Shown: one piece after another, positions 19,769-30,226 of the stretch | Numbering within the stretch: the stretch's first letter is position 1 | Layout: each line of letters starts with the position of its first letter | Assembly: GCA_001661245.1 (NCBI GenBank) | Contig: KV454013.1 | Location: 1,582,502 to 1,646,501 of the forward strand | Direction: 5' to 3' | DNA from: Pachysolen tannophilus NRRL Y-2460 | Lineage: Eukaryota | Length of the DNA stretch: 64,000 nt | Made by a program: the position numbers and the translations under genes | Notes under the pieces: generated by a model | Told to the model about the DNA's origin: nothing | Databases searched by the model: none | What the model saw: only the letters and a program-made list of their open reading frames with translations

Positions 19769-20779
19769 ATGAGTAGTAGACGGATAGCTAGAAGACATGC
19801 AAAGTTGGAAAGGGAGAAACAAGATGGTGGTGGAGTTGTTGATGAAGATGGGACAGAAAAGAGTAATACGAATTTAATACCCACTAGTTCGAATTATCAA
19901 TACGATGTAGATGATATTTTACGTTTATTTAAAACCTGTTTTGATCAGGTTTTATCTGATCAGCCATTATTACAAGAAAAGATACAAGCGGTAAAGAGTG
20001 ATTTGTTTAATAGGGATTATATTACAGCATTTGATGATGAATCCAAGAGGTGTGCATATGTTGCTAGATGGTCACCTGCTAGAAGTTTAAGTTATTCATC
20101 TCTTTTTGCACATTTACAAAAAATTAGAAATATTTTAAGTGATTTTAATAATGAATTAGAAAATGATGATATTAACGTTGTTTGTATAGGTGGTGGAGCT
20201 GGTGCAGAACTAGTTGGTATATCTTCAGTCTTTTGCAGGTCAAGAGAAAGTTTTTCATCATCAAAGAGAAAAATTAAAATTAGATTGATAGATATTGCAG
20301 ATTGGTCTGATATTGTATTTAAAATTAGTAGTTATATTAATACCAATTGGTTATATAACGGTGATGGAGTATTTAATACAGATTTTATTAAAACTGATGT
20401 ACTTGAATTGACAAATTTATCTGAATTTTTCACTCCAGCTAAATTAATAACTTTATTATTTACAACAAATGAACTTTTCCAAGAAAATAAGAAAAAAGCT
20501 CTTTTATTTTTACAAAAATTAAACCAATTTTGTTCTAAAGGTTGTCTCTTATTAATTACAGAAAGTGCAGGATCATATTCTCATATTGAAATTGGTTCAA
20601 AAAAATTTCCCTTACAATACCTAATAGATACAATATTATGTGGTAAACCTGGTGAAATTGGAAATTGGGAGATTATAGATGAAAATGATAGTACTTGGTA
20701 TCGATTAGACAAGAATTATAATTATGATTTGAGATTGGAAAATATGCGGTTTTTTTATAGGTTATACAGGAAATTATGA
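19769..20779 (+). CDS. BMT6: 25S rRNA m3U methyltransferase (DUF3115 family)
   Basis: VKSDLFNRDYITAF, YVARWSPARSLSY, VCIGGGAGAELV, LITLLFTTNELF, ESAGSYS, LENMRFFYRLY; RRPE/PAC in promoter. Confidence 0.85.
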   Translation: MSSRRIARRHAKLEREKQDGGGVVDEDGTEKSNTNLIPTSSNYQYDVDDILRLFKTCFDQVLSDQPLLQEKIQAVKSDLFNRDYITAFDDESKRCAYVARWSPARSLSYSSLFAHLQKIRNILSDFNNELENDDINVVCIGGGAGAELVGISSVFCRSRESFSSSKRKIKIRLIDIADWSDIVFKISSYINTNWLYNGDGVFNTDFIKTDVLELTNLSEFFTPAKLITLLFTTNELFQENKKKALLFLQKLNQFCSKGCLLLITESAGSYSHIEIGSKKFPLQYLIDTILCGKPGEIGNWEIIDENDSTWYRLDKNYNYDLRLENMRFFYRLYRKL

Positions 20780-22101
20780 ATAAAATTCAAATTATGGGTT
20801 CTATCTCTCTTTCTCTATTACTACTTTCTTACTTTCTGAACTTTTTCTTTTTAACTAAGCCAACTAACTAATTTAATTTTCGCGTTTAATCCAATGCATC
20901 GATAGATGCGTATGATCAATGCGATGGGGTTTTATTAAAAACTGGATGCAGGGATTAAAATAGACAGCAAATAAAGGAAAGGAACGAAAATTGTAAAAAT
21001 AGATAAATTACTAGTTAAACAAGCTGGAAAACTTATCCAGCCGGGAATTCAACAAACTAGCCGAGAAACCAGCCAACCAGCCAGTCCGAAAACTAGCTAA
21101 CCCGCCTGCCAGGCCTGCCTTCTTTGCGGCTCAGGTGGGAAACATTTTTTTCTTTCTCTTTTTTTCCTCGGCCAGCCACCACTCCCTCGTTCCCTCGCTC
21201 CCTGCAGATTGCATAAGGAGAAGGAAGAAAGAAAAAAAAACAGACATTCCATATAAACTAATAACTCAAATTCTTTTTGGTGTTTAATAAAATAGAGTTA
21301 ATCTTATTAATTTATTTTTAGAACAAATAAAAATTTAAAAAATTATTCACCAATCAACTCTCTATGTAAGTAATTAAATCGACATTTTTAGGCAGATCCA
21401 TGTAAGTAAAAACAGGTTCTTGAAACACAATGTTTTTATATTTCCTAAACTAGTTAAACGGGACATGTTGGAAATCGTGTCAGAAAGTGAAAAAAAGAAA
21501 AAATAACGATTAATAAAAAGGTATTGAATGCGAGGGACATCAAATACATTAAAGACATTAAAGGTTTATAATACAAAATGTGCAGAAGATGTGCATATAG
21601 ATACTCGCTTGAAGTAGTTTTAACTTTAACTCATAGCCTTTGGAAAAAAAAAAATGAAAAAACTTTTTTTTATTTCTTTGTAGTTTTAAAGAACTAACGC
21701 GACTAGATTTTAAAGTTAATCAAAAAAATTATGTGATTTACAATATAATGTCATTAGGCGTTAGATTTCTTAATTTATTTTATTATTTTTTTTTTATTAT
21801 TTTAGTTTCAGTTTTGGCGTTCTCGGCATTTTTGCTTGCTTTTACCTTTGATTTGATTCTATTTATATTTTTAGTAAAAAAAAAAAGTGGTTGGTTTTTG
21901 GAAAAAATAAGAGATGAGAATAATGAAATAAATAGAAGAGTTTTCCTCCTCTAAGATTGTAATCTGTATTAATAAATTTAATTATTCATTAATTATAATT
22001 AAGCTTTTATTATTTTTTTCTTCTTTCCAAGCGTAAAAAGAAAATTATTAGTTCATCATTATCATAGATATTTATTCGCATTCACTTCATAATATATAAT
22101 C

Positions 22102-22413
22102 ATGTCATCAAGTCTTGTAACTGATCTTACAGTATCCAGTGGTGGGTTAACCGCAGCTGCTTCAAGTGCTCTCACAACAGCTTCACTTGTTCTTAACTCA
22201 AATGTTCTTGCTTCATCCGTTGCTGCAACTTCAACTTCATCTACATCTGCTACTTCATCCGGTTCAGGTTCTTCAAGTTCTGCTACTGCTTCTTCAGGTG
22301 CTGAAAGATTGAGTGCTCCATTAGGTTCAGCTCAAACTCCAAAATATAAATATGCTCTTTTATTTGGAGGTTTATTAGGTTTTGCTTTTGCTTTAGGTGG
22401 TGGTTCGATCTAA
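22102..22413 (+). CDS. Small Ser/Thr/Ala-rich protein with hydrophobic C-terminus, NCW1 (YMR122W-A)-like
   Basis: 103 aa with biased codons; LNSNVLASSVAATSTSS and KYKYALLFGGLLGFAFALGGGSI resemble Ncw1 as recalled. Confidence 0.65.
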   Translation: MSSSLVTDLTVSSGGLTAAASSALTTASLVLNSNVLASSVAATSTSSTSATSSGSGSSSSATASSGAERLSAPLGSAQTPKYKYALLFGGLLGFAFALGGGSI

Positions 22414-22734
22414 TCTTTTTTAAAATGAAAAAATTATAAAACTTTTTTTTTTTGATTTTTGATTTTTCTTCCTCTTATATGCTTTTTTTCCTTTCTTTTC
22501 CTCTATTATTCTACATTTCACATTTAAATTTTTCATGTTTTTTTTTCTTTTCTCTTTATATATATAAAATGTATATTATCATAACTGAAAAATATATGAT
22601 TGAATGAAACTGGTTTTAATTTCAAAAAGTAATTGATTAATTAATTATATTTATTAATAATAATAATCTCTATCTATATACAATATTTATAATTATAAAT
22701 TTAATTATAAATAATATTGTTTTTCATCTTATTA

Positions 22735-23097
22735 TTAAAGATCTCTCTTTGGGTTTACAATTTCTCTTATTGGTATTTTTGGTCCAACAGTTGGAGATGG
22801 CCATTCCATATTTAAAATTCCAGCTTTTTTAAACAATTTCACTATTGGAGGTGTTGGCTGAGCACCAACACCTAACCAATACTTTGATCTATCAAAATCT
22901 AATTTAACATCTTTTGATGGTTTTTCACCTAATGCAATTTGTTCTGGACTAACAGGTTGTGGTATTGGATTATACGTTCCTATAACTTCAATCGGTTTTT
23001 TATCCCTTCCTGATTTCGCCTTAGCAACAACAATATTATACACAGGCAGGTGCTTTCTTCCAAACCTGGCTAACCTAATCCTTACGATTCCCTTCAT
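22735..23097 (-). CDS. MRPS16: Mitochondrial ribosomal protein S16
   Basis: [46 protein letters not shown]. Confidence 0.95.
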   Translation of the reverse strand: MKGIVRIRLARFGRKHLPVYNIVVAKAKSGRDKKPIEVIGTYNPIPQPVSPEQIALGEKPSKDVKLDFDRSKYWLGVGAQPTPPIVKLFKKAGILNMEWPSPTVGPKIPIREIVNPKRDL

Positions 23098-23243
23098 GAC
23101 CTTAAAACTATACCCAACTGTAAATAATGAACAACTTATATATATATATATATAATTAATTAATTGTTTGAAAACTTTTTTATATGTTCTTCAAAGAAAT
23201 TGGTTCATGATATGACCCAAAGTGTTACATAACTGGTCCAAAA

Positions 23244-23554
23244 TTTCCTAATTCGGAAATGTCAAGTACAGTCGACTTCCTCAAGTAGAAACTATTTTAA
23301 ACAAAATTCCTTATTTAAGTAATATTTACTGTTTCCGGGAATACTTTAACCATTTTTAGTTACTTTTGAATTTCAATTTTTAGTTTTAATTACTCTTTTC
23401 GGAACTGCCTCATTTGGTACTTCCGTTTTAGGAATCCTCTAACTTTTAACTACCTAATAAGGAAGTAGTAATAGTATTTCCTAATTTGGAGCTCATCTCT
23501 TTAAAAAAAAAAATTTTTTTTTTAATTTTTTTTTTTTTACAGCTGAAAAATTTT
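23244..23554. promoter_or_regulatory. Cluster of Mcm1/CArG-like sites plus PAC and RRPE in the MRPS16-RRP12 divergent promoter
   Basis: tttcctaattcggaaa 23244, tgcctcatttggta 23406, ttccgttttaggaa 23421, tacctaataaggaa 23451, cctaatttgg 23480; GCTCATCTC 23491; TGAAAAATTTT 23544. Confidence 0.7.
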
Positions 23555-23745
23555 TTTAATCTCCTAGTTAGAAAGAAAGAAGAGGTATTAAAGATATTAA
23601 AGATATATAGATAATAGATTTATTCAAGATTTTTAAGATATATATAGTCTGAGGGTTTTGAGACTAAAAAGGGTTTTTTCTTTGTCTTTATTTCTAGAAG
23701 AAGAAGATTTATCAGTTGAGGTTGTGTTTAGTTTAGTTTGGTAGA

Positions 23746-26700
23746 ATGTCTTCTGAAGTTGGTGTTACGGCTTTGTTGGATGAGCGCTTGGATGAAAAAT
23801 TAAAAGGAATCAGACTCCAGATCAATTCAAAATTGGATAATCAAAAACAGTTGGCTTTGATTCTTTCAGTGGTGGATGATAATATTCAAGAACAAAAAAA
23901 TAAAAAGACTACAATCACGTATTTACTTTCATTTTTGGCACTTTTAGAACAATCAATCAATAATGAAAATATAAATTTTCAATTATTAACTTCAGTTACT
24001 TATTTTCTTGATTTACTTTTACCATTTACACCAAGACAACTTTTAAAATCAAAATATAGTGATATCTTAACAAGGATTGCTCCAGTGATAACAAATGAAA
24101 ATGCAGATGCTCCATTATTGAAATCAACTATTGGTTGTTTAGAAACTTTATTGTTACTGCAAGATTATACCAGTTGGGTAAATACTGATTCTTTTAATAT
24201 TTCACCTAAAAGAGGTTTAATGGGATTATTGGAAATCTCTTTAGATATAAGACCAAAAGTTAGAAAGAGAGCTCAAGAAGCTGTTGGAAAGATATTGAGT
24301 AATCCACCAGCTAGTCCTTCATCAGAACATGTTTGTTCAAATATGTGTGCAGATTTTGCTTTAAAATCAATAATTAAATTATTATCTCAAAAGCAAAATA
24401 ATAAAAAACAAGATATTAAAGATTTAAACTCTAAAATTATTCATAATTTGCAATTAATAAATACTATAACAATGGCAGGTTCATGGCCTCAACAAAAAAT
24501 TGAATCCTTATGTGATTTATTATTAGAAATTTCAAAAACAAATGATCAATTTTTAGTTTCTTCATCTTTTAATTGTTTTGAAAGTTTATTCCAATCAATG
24601 ACAAATGAATTAGAAAATGATAAATTTTTAAAAGTTTTGGATATTATATTTGATTTAAAACCTTCAATTGATGATTCAAATTTATCTGCATCTTGGTTAG
24701 CTGTAATTGCAAAAGCTGTTATTGCTTATTCTAAGATTGAACCTTTAAATTGTTTACTGAAAATTCCAAAAATTTTAAATGTTTTAAAAGATTTTTTTAA
24801 ATCAGAAATTAAAAATATTAACATTAGTGTATCACAATGCTTTATTGCTCTTATATCTGATGGAATTAATGATAATTATTTACTTTTACCTCCTAAAGTT
24901 AAAACAGAAATTTATGAACAAGTTGATGATATTATAACTGAAATCTCAAAAATTTTCAATAATGATTTGTTATCTTTTCAATATTCTCATTGTTTTAAAG
25001 AAATATTAGAAGTCTTGGTTGTAATATTTAAAAAATTTCAAAATAGGGCAAACCCAGATTTTATTAAATCTCTAGAAATTGTTGGAGAATGGAGATCAAA
25101 TGAATCTTCAAATTTTGAATACAGAGAAGAAGCAGAAAATGTTATTGGAGCTGCTATTAGCGGTTTAGGACCTGATACAGTTTTAAGCACTATACCTTTA
25201 AATTTAGATAAAACCATTGGTGGAAGAGCTTGGTTATTACCATTGCTTAGAGATAATATTTCAAATTCTGAATTGTCAATTTTCAAAAAACAATTCATAC
25301 CATTATTGAAATTTTATGAGGAAAGAATATCCAATACACCAGAGAAAAATACTGTAATTTTGAAAATTTTTGAAACAATTGTTCAACAAATATGGTCATT
25401 ATTACCAAAATTTTGTTATATACCAAAAGATTTAGAAAAATCTTTTGATAATGAATTTTGTTCCTTTTTAGCTGATAATTTATATTCGGATACTTCATTA
25501 AGAGTTGTTATCTGTCATGCATTGAAAAATGTTGTTGAATCGAATTTAAATTATGTTAATGGCTTGGAACATCTTAACGATGTAATTTTCCAACAACAAT
25601 TTCCTATGGCAAAAGCTGAAAATTCAATCAAATATTTAAAGACCCAAGCTTCAAATATCTTGAGTGTTTTGATGAATGTTTTCACATCAACCCAACCGGA
25701 GCAAAGAGGTTACATTATTGAAACAATTGACGTATATTTGCAAATTATTTCTAAAGAAGAATTAGAAGAAAATTTTAACAAATTATGTGGACATTTAAAT
25801 AATGCTTTAATTCAAGAAAGTAATAAAGAAACTTCTAATAATAATGCTAATAATAAGCAGCAACAAAAATCAGACACGTCAAAGTTAAGTGTTACGTTAA
25901 TGGATTTGATAGTTACAATGGCAAAATATCTTCCTGAATCGTCTTACGTTCCTCTTTTCGGTGTTTTCAATACTACTGTTTCAAATAAAGATGCTTTGAT
26001 CCAAAAAAGAGCATATAGAATTATATCAAAATTGAGTGAAAGTGAAGAAGGGAAAAATGCTATTTTGAAATATATCAGCAATATTGAGGAAATACTTATT
26101 CAATCAGCAGATACTTGTTTATCCTCATCAAAAGCTTCAAGATTATCTTGTATTTTAACTATTGTGAGATTAATGCCTTTAACTGATTTGTATTTGATTC
26201 CATGTTTAATCAGTGAAATTATTTTATCAACAAAGGATGTTAATGAGAAGACTAGAAATCTATCCTACGAAGTAATAATAGCTATGGCATACAAGATGTC
26301 TGAAGAAGGTGGTATTATTGATAATTCAAAGATTCCAGGTTTGGAATCTTTACCACCAGCTAACTCTTCATTACAGAAATTTTTTGAAATTTGTTCTCCA
26401 GGTTTAGCCGGTTCAACTCCCCATATGATCAGTGCAACGATAACATGTTTTAGTTGTTTGTTTTATGAATTCCATTCAAAGATGGATGACGAGCATTTAC
26501 TTGAGATGTATAAACTTATTGAGTTATTCTTGACGCAGAAAAATAGGGAAATTGTTAAATCTGCTATTGGATTTGTAAAAGTTGCCATATTGTCTTTACC
26601 TGAACAAATGATAGTTGATAATATAAAAGATTTATTATCAAAATTGATGGTTTGGTCGCATGAACATAAGGGTCATTTCAAATCTAAAGTTAAACATATT

Positions 26701-27411
26701 ATTGAAAGGATGATTAGAAGATTTGGAATTGAGTTAATTGAGGAAAATATTCCAGAAGATGATAAAAAGCTAGTTATTAATATCAAAAAATCAAAGTTAC
26801 GTGCCAAGAGAAAGAAGTTGGAATCTAAAGATTCAGAAGAAATTAGTGGTACTACCAATGGAAAGAAATCCAACAATTTTGCTTCTGCATACGAAGAGGC
26901 CCTTTATGACTCTGATTCTGAAGAAGAAGGAGAAGAAGAAGAAATTCCAGAAGATGGAACGAGATCAAATAAGAGGAAATCTAAGCAATATATTTTGGAA
27001 TCTAAAGATGTACCTTTAGATTTATTAGATCGTCAACAATTATCTCAAATTTCTTCATCTAAACCAAAGAAATTCACAAAACAAGATTTGGTCTCCAAGG
27101 CTAATATCAAAACTTCAACAAACGGTAAATTCATCATCAAGGAATCCGGCACGGAGAAAGACCCATTGGCTAACCAAACCAGCGGTATTAATGCTTATTT
27201 GGAAGCTCTTGAAAACGGTCCAATCAGAGGCCAAAAGGGTAAATTGAAGTACAAGAAGAACTCAAGAGCCGGCAACGACAACGACGATGACAACGCCCAA
27301 GACTCTGATGAGGACTCAAAACCTAATTTACCAAGGAAAAACTTTACCAAAGGTAACAAAATCGGAAAGCCGCAGCATAGACAAAAATTTAAAGCCAGAA
27401 AGAAGCTATGA
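23746..27411 (+). CDS. RRP12: Ribosome biogenesis/export HEAT-repeat protein
   Basis: 1221 aa; RPKVRKRAQEAV, GRAWLLPLLRD, QIWSLLPKFC, NREIVKSAIGFVKV, HFKSKVKHIIERMIRRFG; adjacent to MRPS16 as in S. cerevisiae. Confidence 0.95.
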   Translation: MSSEVGVTALLDERLDEKLKGIRLQINSKLDNQKQLALILSVVDDNIQEQKNKKTTITYLLSFLALLEQSINNENINFQLLTSVTYFLDLLLPFTPRQLLKSKYSDILTRIAPVITNENADAPLLKSTIGCLETLLLLQDYTSWVNTDSFNISPKRGLMGLLEISLDIRPKVRKRAQEAVGKILSNPPASPSSEHVCSNMCADFALKSIIKLLSQKQNNKKQDIKDLNSKIIHNLQLINTITMAGSWPQQKIESLCDLLLEISKTNDQFLVSSSFNCFESLFQSMTNELENDKFLKVLDIIFDLKPSIDDSNLSASWLAVIAKAVIAYSKIEPLNCLLKIPKILNVLKDFFKSEIKNINISVSQCFIALISDGINDNYLLLPPKVKTEIYEQVDDIITEISKIFNNDLLSFQYSHCFKEILEVLVVIFKKFQNRANPDFIKSLEIVGEWRSNESSNFEYREEAENVIGAAISGLGPDTVLSTIPLNLDKTIGGRAWLLPLLRDNISNSELSIFKKQFIPLLKFYEERISNTPEKNTVILKIFETIVQQIWSLLPKFCYIPKDLEKSFDNEFCSFLADNLYSDTSLRVVICHALKNVVESNLNYVNGLEHLNDVIFQQQFPMAKAENSIKYLKTQASNILSVLMNVFTSTQPEQRGYIIETIDVYLQIISKEELEENFNKLCGHLNNALIQESNKETSNNNANNKQQQKSDTSKLSVTLMDLIVTMAKYLPESSYVPLFGVFNTTVSNKDALIQKRAYRIISKLSESEEGKNAILKYISNIEEILIQSADTCLSSSKASRLSCILTIVRLMPLTDLYLIPCLISEIILSTKDVNEKTRNLSYEVIIAMAYKMSEEGGIIDNSKIPGLESLPPANSSLQKFFEICSPGLAGSTPHMISATITCFSCLFYEFHSKMDDEHLLEMYKLIELFLTQKNREIVKSAIGFVKVAILSLPEQMIVDNIKDLLSKLMVWSHEHKGHFKSKVKHIIERMIRRFGIELIEENIPEDDKKLVINIKKSKLRAKRKKLESKDSEEISGTTNGKKSNNFASAYEEALYDSDSEEEGEEEEIPEDGTRSNKRKSKQYILESKDVPLDLLDRQQLSQISSSKPKKFTKQDLVSKANIKTSTNGKFIIKESGTEKDPLANQTSGINAYLEALENGPIRGQKGKLKYKKNSRAGNDNDDDNAQDSDEDSKPNLPRKNFTKGNKIGKPQHRQKFKARKKL

Positions 27412-27601
27412 AAAATATTACAAAAAGCAAAAAAGAGAAATATATTTATATATATATATATACATATAGAAAATGAAAAACTCAATTCAACTCAATTATA
27501 TTAGTCCCAACCTACTCTTTATGGGACTGTAGTCAAATAAATAATCTTCAACCCAGTAATTTAAAAGAACTTGGTTTCCCCATATTTTATACCCACTAAC
27601 A

Positions 27602-27656
27602 TTTCCCAATTAGGAAGCACTAAATGGCCAATGTTTTTGTATTTCCCAATCGGGAA
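27602..27656. promoter_or_regulatory. Paired Mcm1/ECB-like sites
   Basis: tttcccaattaggaa at 27602 and tttcccaatcgggaa at 27642, 40 bp apart. Confidence 0.65.
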
Positions 27657-28175
27657 CTCCGCTAATTTCCTCTTATCTAAGCAGTGACACAAATGCTGGT
27701 TTTAAGGTGCATAGATGAGGAAGCATATCAGGAAATAGATAGATAGATAGATAGATGGGTATTTATGAATTAATTATCGGATTGAAGTTTATTTTAATTT
27801 ATTCATGAAAATTCTGTCTTGTTACAGCTTTTAGTTGTTGGAGGTTATAGTGACTAATAGGAAAAGTTCAACTAAAAAAAAAAAAAAAAAAAAAGAAATA
27901 AACTATTTAGAACTATTTGGCAAAAATAATTAAAAATAAAAAAAAAAAGGAGATAATCAGGCTTTTCTAGAAAGGCGGAATTCTTGTTGCTAATAGAGGT
28001 CAGCTATTAAAAGAGAGTTTTAGGGTTTTCAGTTTGTGGATGGAAGAAAGAACGAAAGATTTAAGCTCTTTAAAAATTGAGGTTGGTGAATAATTAACAT
28101 ATATTACTATATATTGAGAGAATTCCGGTTTTGTTTTTGGTTGGTGGGAGATAGATTTAATTTAATTTTTTTTTT

Positions 28176-30226
28176 TTTTGTTTTTTTAATTTGTTTTTGG
28201 GTTTATGATGAATGATTTCACTTCGGGAGATAATAATAGCAGCAGTAATAGCAGTAATGCTTCTATTCCGATGCTGCAGCATGTTCGTGGTGGGCCAACA
28301 ACGTCATCCAGATCTAGTTCAAGTAGTACATTTACTAATATTTCAAGTGGAACCAAGACACAAGATTTACCTTTAAGTCCTCCTAAAAAAATTATAAAAA
28401 GGTTAACTCCAGTGAATTCACCTTCAAAGAAATTTTCTTATGATAAAGATGCTAAATTACATGAAGATAGGAGAAAATTAAAAGAGCAATCGAAATTAGC
28501 AAGGTTAAAGATTCATACAGAAAAAGTTTATAAAATTAATGAAAATATTAAAAATGAACAAGAAATTAGGAAACAAAAAGTCTTGGAAAAAAGTGTTGTT
28601 AAAGAAACAAATGCAAAACTTAATAAGGAAAAAATTAATGAACAAAGAAGAGAAAAGGCTAAAGAATTTATAGAGAAATTTGAGTTGAAGAAAAGAGAGA
28701 TGGGAAGACGAGCGTTTATATTTGTTTTCCCAAAAGATCAAGTAGACAAAGTAGATCAAGTAGATAAAGAGATTGAAGGACCAGGCACAATTTCATCATC
28801 ACCACCTACCATAGGAAAGAATGATTCATTTTCGTTATCTTCATATCTGGATAAAGTTCCTCCCGAAAAAAAAAAGCTACTAGCATCAAACAATAAATCA
28901 TTATCAATTATTGCAAAAGCAGTGAAGTTTAATATTCTTAACAAAAAGATAGATGTTATCAAATCAACAGTCATTTTTAGGCATCCTTTACTAGGAATGA
29001 CTCAAGTAAGAACAGCATCTATAACAGAATTTCATGCTTTGCTTAATAAAGAATTAGAATCTGCAATTTCTTATGTTTTCCAATATTTAGGTTTACATAA
29101 ATCAATGTTATGGAATGATGCAAGACTTTTCTTGCAATGTTTTTACGTTCTTTGGGAAAAAAGTNNNNNNNNNNNNNNNNNNNNNNNNNNNNNNNNNNNN
29201 NNNNNNNNNNNNNNNNNNNNNNNNNNNNNNNNNNNNNTTTTTGTTTTTTAATTTGTTTTTGGGTTTATGATGAATGATTTCACTTCGGGAGATAATAATA
29301 GCAGCAGTAATAGCAGTAATGCTTCTATTCCGATGCTGCAGCATGTTCGTGGTGGGCCAACAACGTCATCCAGATCTAGTTCAAGTAGTACATTTACTAA
29401 TATTTCAAGTGGAACCAAGACACAAGATTTACCTTTAAGTCCTCCTAAAAAAATTATAAAAAGGTTAACTCCAGTGAATTCACCTTCAAAGAAATTTTCT
29501 TATGATAAAGATGCTAAATTACATGAAGATAGGAGAAAATTAAAAGAGCAATCGAAATTAGCAAGGTTAAAGATTCATACAGAAAAAGTTTATAAAATTA
29601 ATGAAAATATTAAAAATGAACAAGAAATTAGGAAACAAAAAGTCTTGGAAAAAAGTGTTGTTAAAGAAACAAATGCAAAACTTAATAAGGAAAAAATTAA
29701 TGAACAAAGAAGAGAAAAGGCTAAAGAATTTATAGAGAAATTTGAGTTGAAGAAAAGAGAGATGGGAAGACGAGCGTTTATATTTGTTTTCCCAAAAGAT
29801 CAAGTAGACAAAGTAGATCAAGTAGATAAAGAGATTGAAGGACCAGGCACAATTTCATCATCACCACCTACCATAGGAAAGAATGATTCATTTTCGTTAT
29901 CTTCATATCTGGATAAAGTTCCTCCCGAAAAAAAAAAGCTACTAGCATCAAACAATAAATCATTATCAATTATTGCAAAAGCAGTGAAGTTTAATATTCT
30001 TAACAAAAAGATAGATGTTATCAAATCAACAGTCATTTTTAGGCATCCTTTACTAGGAATGACTCAAGTAAGAACAGCATCTATAACAGAATTTCATGCT
30101 TTGCTTAATAAAGAATTAGAATCTGCAATTTCTTATGTTTTCCAATATTTAGGTTTACATAAATCAATGTTATGGAATGATGCAAGACTTTTCTTGCAAT
30201 GTTTTTACGTTCTTTGGGAAAAAAGT
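28176..30226 (+). repeat. ~990-bp near-identical direct duplication (28176-29164 and 29238-30226) separated by an N-gap; probable assembly artefact
   Basis: Offset 1062; translations identical; copies abut the 73-N gap exactly; the only difference noticed is a homopolymer T length. Confidence 0.9.

Noticed and set aside
28205..29251. Apparent truncated tandem paralogue of the 1087-aa gene
   Set aside because: Essentially identical copy ending exactly at an N-gap; most likely an unmerged contig overlap. Read depth or long reads would decide.
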